A stretch of 64,000 bases of DNA. It comes from Eledone cirrhosa (lineage: Eukaryota). The notes below the pieces were generated by a model. It saw only the letters and a program-made list of their open reading frames with translations, made no database searches and had not been told where the DNA came from. The stretch spans positions 120,962,001 through 121,026,000 of the forward strand of contig OZ024743.1 of assembly GCA_964016885.1 (NCBI GenBank), read 5' to 3'. Made by a program: the position numbers and the translations under genes. This document shows positions 58,185 to 64,000 of the stretch, piece after piece. Each line of letters opens with the position of its first letter. Within the stretch, counting starts at the first letter, position 1.

Positions 58185-61100
58185 CCCTTTAACGTCGACT
58201 ATCAGTATTGACGGCCGTGATCACAGCAGTGGGTTTGGGCCAGAGAAAACGGCCACCCATCGAGATACTAGAGTATCCTGCACTGGATCAGTCATCGCTG
58301 TTATCTATGTAATGACTCCAGTGCTATTATGGCGGAAATTTGAGATATTGAGTAACATCCCATGCAAACTAGGATACCAAAGATTCATTTCAGCATACGT
58401 GGACGACATCACCTATGGGAGTACAACGGGAAAATTAACCAAGGAAACATCACTTAGCCTACAGTTTTGCACTTGAAGAGGTAGGTCCATGCCGTCCAAC
58501 AGCATCGTGGAGCATTGAACGGACGAATCAGGTAAGTTGCTTGGGATCTATTTTGGTTCATATCTCCAGATGGACAAGAAATAGTATGAAGAGACACGTA
58601 GGGTAGCCATTCTAGCCTAGTTGTGGGTCGAAAGGAAGATATTCATGTAAGGTGGAGCCGAGGTGGCAACCGCTGTATCGCATCTGTCATCTATAACTGT
58701 CTTACCACTGGGACTTTCACCAGTTCATGTTTGACCGGTTGGAGCGTCTGTTGATTCGATTTATTTTTAAATGGGACGCGTTCTAGTGGCCAGGCGCTCT
58801 ATTTGCCAGGCGCTCTATTTGCAGTGGCCAGGCGTTCTAGTGGCCAGGCGCTCTATTTGCAGTGGCCAGGCGCTCTAGTGGCCAGGCGCTCTATTTGCAG
58901 TGGCCAGGCGCTCTAGTGGCCAGGCGTTCTAGTGGCCAGGCGCTCTATTTGCAGTGGCCAGGCGCTCTAGTGGCCAGGCGTTCTAGTGGCCAGGCGCTCT
59001 ATTTGCAGTGGCCAGGCGCTCTAGTGGCCAGGCGCTCTATTTGCAGTGGCCAGGCGCTCTAGTGGCCAGGCGTTCTAGTGGCCAGGCGCTCTATTTGCAG
59101 TGGCCAGGCGTTCTAGTGGCCAGGCGCTCTATTTGCAGTGGCCAGGCGTTCTAGTGGCCAGGCGCTCTATTTGCAGTGGCCAGGCGTTCTAGTGGCCAGG
59201 CGCTCTATTTGCAGTGGCCAGGCGTTCTAGTGGCCAGGCGCTCTATTTGCAGTGGCCAGGCGCTCTAGTGGCCAGGCGTTCTAGTGGTCAGGCGTTCTAG
59301 TGGCCAGGCGCTCTATTTGCAGTGGCCAGGCGTTCTAGTGGCCAGGCGCTCTATTTGCAGTGGCCAGGCGTTCTAGTGGCCAGGCGCTCTATTTGCAGTG
59401 GCCAGGCGTTCTAGTGGCCAGGCGCTCTATTTGCAGTGGCCAGGCGTTCTAGTGGCCAGGCGCTCTATTTGCAGTGGCCAGGCGTTCTAGTGGCCAGGCG
59501 CTCTATTTGCAGTGGCCAGGCGTTCTAGTGGCCAGGCGCTCTATTTGCAGTGGCCAGGCGCTCTAGTGGCCAGGCGGTCTATTTGGAGTGGCCAGGCGTT
59601 CTAGTGGCCAGGCGCTCTATTTGCAGTGGCCAGGCGCTCTAGTGGCCAGGCGCTCTATTTGCAGTGGCCAGGCGTTCTAGTGGCCAGGCGCTCTATTTGC
59701 AGTGGCCAGGCGCTCTAGTGGCCAGGCGCTCTATTTGCAGTGGCCAGGCGTTCTAGTGGCCAGGCGCTCTATTTGCAGTGGCCAGGCGTTCTAGTGGCCA
59801 GGCGCTCTAGTGGCCAGGCGCTCTATTTGCAGTGGCCAGGCGCTCTAGTGGCCAGGCGCTCTATTTGCAGTGGCCAGGCGTTCTACTGGCCAGGCGCTCT
59901 ATTTGCAGTGGCCAGGCGTTCTAGTGGCCAGGCGCTCTATTTGCAGTGGCCAGGCGTTCTAGTGGCCAGGCGCTCTATTTGCAGTGGCCAGGCGCTCTAG
60001 TGGCCAGGCGTTCTAGTGGCCAGGCGTTCTAGTGGCCAGGCGCTCTATTTGCAGTGGCCAGGCGTTCTAGTGGCCAGGCGCTCTATTTGCAGTGGCCAGG
60101 CGCTCTAGTGGCCAGGCGTTCTAGTGGCCAGGCGTTCTAGTGGCCAGGCGCTCTATTTGCAGTGGCCAGGCGTTCTAGTGGCCAGGCGCTCTATTTGCAG
60201 TGGCCAGGCGTTCTAGTGGCCAGGCGCTCTATTTGCAGTGGCCAGGCGCTCTAGTGGCCAGGCGTTCTAGTGGCCAGGCGTTCTAGTGGCCAGGCGTTCT
60301 AGTGGCCAGGCGCTCTATTTGCAGTGGCCAGGCGCTCTAGTGGCCAGGCGCTCTATTTGCAGTGGCCAGGCGCTCTAGTGGCCAGGCGTTCTAGTGGCCA
60401 GGCGTTCTAGTGGCCAAGCGCTCTATTTGCAGTGGCCAGGCGTTCTAGTGGCCAGGCGCTCTATTTGCAGTGGCCAGGCGCTCTAGTGGCCAGGCGTTCT
60501 AGTGGCCAGGCGTTCTAGTGGCCAGGCGCTCTATTTGCAGTGGCCAGGCGCTCTAGTGGCCAGGCGTTGTAGTGGCCAGGCGTTCTAGTGGCCAGGCGCT
60601 CTATTTGCAGTGGCCAGGCGTTCTAGTGGCCAGGCGCTCTATTTGCAGTGGCCAGGCGCTCTAGTGGCCAGGCGTTCTAGTGGCCAGGCGTTCTAGTGGC
60701 CAGGCGCTCTATTTGCAGTGGCCAGGCGCTCTAGTGGCCAGGCGTTCTAGTGGCCAGGCGTTCTAGTGGCCAGGCGCTCTATTTGCAGTGGCCAGGCGTT
60801 CTAGTGGCCAGGCGCTCTATTTGCAGTGGCTAGGCGTTCTAGTGGCCAGGCGCTCTATTTGCAGTGGCCAGGCGCTCTAGTGGCCAGGCGTTCTAGTGGC
60901 CAGGCGTTCTAGTGGCCAGGCGTTCTAGTGGCCAGGCGTTCTAGTGGCCAGGCGCTCTATTTGCAGTGGCCAGGCGCTCTAGTGGCCAGGCGTTCTAGTG
61001 GCCAGGTGCTCTATTTGCAGTGGCCAGGCGTTCTAGTGGCCAGGCGCTCTATTTGCAGTGGCCAGGCGTTCTAGTGGCCAGGCACTCTATTTGCAGTGGC

Positions 61101-63530
61101 CAGGCGTTCTAGTGGCCAGGCGCTCTATTTGCAGTGGCCAGGCGTTCTAGTGGCCAGGCGCTCTATTTGCAGTGGCCAGGCGTTCTAGTGGCCAGGCGCT
61201 CTATTTGCAGTGGCCAGGCGCTCTAGTGGCCAGGCGTTCTAGTGGCCAGGCGTTCTAGTGGCCAGGCGTTCTAGTGGCCAGGCGTTCTAGTGGCCAGGCG
61301 CTCTATTTGCAGTGGCCAGGCGCTCTAGTGGCCAGGCGTTCTAGTGGCCAGGCGTTCTAGTGGCCAGGCGTTCTAGTGGCCAGGCGCTCTATTTGCAGTG
61401 GCCAGGCGCTCTAGTGGCCAGGCGCTCTATTTGCAGTGGCCAGGCGCTCTAGTGGCCAGGCGTTCTAGTGGCCAGGCGTTCTAGTGGCCAAGCGCTCTAT
61501 TTGCAGTGGCCAGGCGTTCTAGTGGCCAGGCGCTCTATTTGCAGTGGCCAGGCGCTCTAGTGGCCAGGCGTTCTAGTGGCCAGGCGTTCTAGTGGCCAGG
61601 CGCTCTATTTGCAGTGGCCAGGCGCTCTAGTGGCCAGGCGTTCTAGTGGCCAGGCGTTCTAGTGGCCAGGCGCTCTATTTGCAGTGGCCAGGCGTTCTAG
61701 TGGCCAGGCGCTCTATTTGCAGTGGCCAGGCGCTCTAGTGGCCAGGCGTTCTAGTGGCCAGGCGTTCTAGTGGCCAGGCGCTCTATTTGCAGTGGCCAGG
61801 CGCTCTAGTGGCCAGGCGTTCTAGTGGCCAGGCGTTCTAGTGGCCAGGCGTTCTAGTGGCCAGGCGCTCTATTTGCAGTGGCCAGGCGTTCTAGTGGCCA
61901 GGCGCTCTATTTGCAGTGGCCAGGCGCTCTAGTGGCCAGGCGTTCTAGTGGCCAGGCGTTCTAGTGGCCAGGCGCTCTATTTGCAGTGGCCAGGCGCTCT
62001 AGTGGCCAGGCGTTCTAGTGGCCAGGCGTTCTAGTGGCCAGGCGCTCTATTTGCAGTGGCCAGGCGTTCTAGTGGCCAGGCGCTCTATTTGCAGTGGCCA
62101 GGCGCTCTAGTGGCCAGGCGTTCTAGTGGCCAGGCGTTCTAGTGGCCAGGCGCTCTATTTGCAGTGGCCAGGCGCTCTAGTGGCCAGGCGTTCTAGTGGC
62201 CAGGCGCTCTATTTGCAGTGGCCAGGCGTTCTAGTGGCCAGGCGCTCTATTTGCAGTGGCCAGGCGTTCTAGTGGCCAGGCGCTCTATTTGCAGTGGCCA
62301 GGCGCTCTAGTGGCCAGGCGTTCTAGTGGCCAGGCGTTCTAGTGGCCAGGCGCTCTATTTGCAGTGGCCAGGCGCTCTAGTGGCCAGGCGTTCTAGTGGC
62401 CAGGCGTTCTAGTGGCCAGGCGCTCTATTTGCAGTGGCCAGGCGTTCTAGTGGCCAGGCGCTCTATTTGCAGTGGCCAGGCGTTCTAGTGGCCAGGCGCT
62501 CTATTTGCAGTGGCCAGGCGTTCTAGTGGCCAGGCGCTCTATTTGCAGTGGCCAGGCGTTCTAGTGGCCAGGCGTTCTAGTGGCCAGGCGCTCTATTTGC
62601 AGTGGCCAGGCGTTCTAGTGGCCAGGCGCTCTATTTGCAGTGGCCAGGCGCTCTAGTGGCCAGGCGCTCTATTTGCAGTGGCCAGGCGTTCTAGTGGCCA
62701 GGCGTTCTAGTGGCCAGGCGCTCTATTTGCAGTGGCCAGGCGTTCTAGTGGCCAGGCGCTCTATTTGCAGTGGCCAGGCGTTCTAGTGGCCAGGCGCTCT
62801 ATTTGCAGTGGCCAGGCGCTCTAGTGGCCAGGCGCTCTATTTGCAGTGGCCAGGCGCTCTAGTGGCCAGGCGTTCTAGTGGCCAGGCGCTCTATTTGCAG
62901 TGGCCAGGCGTTCTAGTGGCCAGGCGCTCTATTTGCAGTGGCCAGGCGTTCTAGTGGCCAGGCGTTCTAGTGGCCAGGCGCTCTATTTGCAGTGGCCAGG
63001 CGTTCTAGTGGCCAGGCGCTCTATTTGCAGTGGCCAGGCGTTCTAGTGGCCAGGCGCTCTATTTGCAGTGGCCAGGCGTTCTAGTGGCCAGGCGGTCTAT
63101 TTGCAGTGGCCAGGCGTTCTAGTGGCCAGGCGCTCTATTTGCAGTGGCCAGGCGTTCTAGTGGCCAGGCGCTCTATTTGCAGTGGCCAGGCGCTCTAGTG
63201 GCCAGGCGCTCTATTTGCAGTGGTCAGGCGTTCTAGTGGCCAGGCGTTCTAGTGGCCAGGCGCTCTATTTGCAGTGGCCAGGCGTTCTAGTGGCCAGGCG
63301 CTCTATTTGCAGTCAATATCCGCTGCGTGAATGACTAAGTATGTTGTGGCTGTTGATGCAGACAAACCACGGGGTTGCGACACCTCAGCGTTTCATTGGA
63401 GCTGAACAAGTATTGTCACCGTTACTCAGATTCATCTTGCCCAACTCGTCACTTTGGGGGAATTGCAATCCTGGTTCATGTTCATACCGAGAGAGGGCGC
63501 TTGGCAACTGGAATTTAGTCACGCACCCAC
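58185..63530 (+). mobile_element. Old Tx1-family ORF2 fragment split by an internally expanded satellite
   Basis: Left flank: AYVDDIT, RGRSMPSNSIV, KLLGI.FG, LERLLIRF..GR. Right flank resumes QYPLRE*LSMLWLLM..PQLVTLGELQSW-like, collinear with 'KGRAPMVRRSICCQHPLRGGLGMPWLMM' in copies A and B. Confidence 0.85.
58778..63313. repeat. ~4.5-kb GC-rich satellite of interspersed 16-bp and 22-bp units
   Basis: Units G(T/C)TCTAGTGGCCAGGC (16 bp) and GCTCTATTTGCAGTGGCCAGGC (22 bp), with few substitutions. Confidence 0.98.
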
Positions 63531-63554
63531 AGCTCTCTGCTAGACGAGTATGTG

Positions 63555-64000
63555 GTTGGCAGCATTAATTATACCCCTTTACGTTCTAAGTTCAAATTCC
63601 GCCGAGGTTAGCTTTGCCTTTCGTACTTAGGGGGTCGATAACATAAAGTACCAGTAATACACTAGGGTCGATATATTCGACTTTCCCTTCCCCCTTCAAA
63701 TTGCTTGCCTTGTGCCTAAAGTAGAAACAATTATTATTATATAAGGGCGGTGGATTGGCAGCATTGGTAGAGAGTCGGACACCATGCGTTCCAGCATAGA
63801 GTTACGTCCCTTTACCGACTGAGTTCAAATCCCGCGAAGGTTAACTTTGCCTTTCATCCTGACGGTGTCGATAAAATAAAGTACCAGTAATGTACTGGGT
63901 ATTTGCTGGCCTTGTGCCTAAAGTAAAAATATTTATTATTATTATTACTGGAATGGCAGTGGCTTAGCAGCATTGGTAGAGAGTCGGACAACATAATTGG
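63555..64000 (+). mobile_element. Three tandem SINE copies (~63555-63740, 63746-63946, head from ~63950)
   Basis: A box TGGCAGCATTGG (63756-63767), B box GAGTTCAAATCC (63821-63832), core resembling the MetaSINE domain, and (ATT)n tails. Confidence 0.9.

Noticed and set aside
58862-60000. Repetitive ORFs (ARRSSGQALYLQWPG)
   Set aside because: Translations of the satellite.
63746-63835. tRNA gene
   Set aside because: A and B boxes are present but there is no cloverleaf, and the sequence runs into SINE core and tail.

Overview
AT-rich animal genomic DNA. The SINE/LINE repertoire and dense (AT)n tracts suggest a coleoid cephalopod such as Octopus (inference). The only host-gene feature I can support is the terminal exon (8726-9187, +) of a cation-type Cys-loop, nAChR-like channel subunit; its upstream exons lie outside the window. 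The rest is retroelement and repeat DNA. It includes stacked R4/Dong-type RT-RLE LINE fragments at (TAA)n tracts (1-5.2 kb), a 39 x 59-bp minisatellite, and long (AT)n fields (9.3-19.5 kb). Further along are a head-to-tail stack of Tx1/L1-type LINEs separated by (TAA)n (27.2-38.1 kb), Penelope-like GIY-YIG elements (24-25 kb, 40-44 kb), a decayed RTE LINE (53-55 kb) and many tRNA-derived SINEs. The most notable signals are: (i) four hammerhead-ribozyme motifs between 40 and 47.3 kb, including a complete type-I hammerhead with a compensated U3-A8 core; (ii) a 4.5-kb two-unit satellite that expanded in place from ~36 bp of a Tx1 ORF2, with collinear LINE sequence on both sides; (iii) a 3' tail apparently shared by the dominant SINE and the Tx1-like LINE. 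All calls are by eye, and boundaries of decayed elements are approximate.
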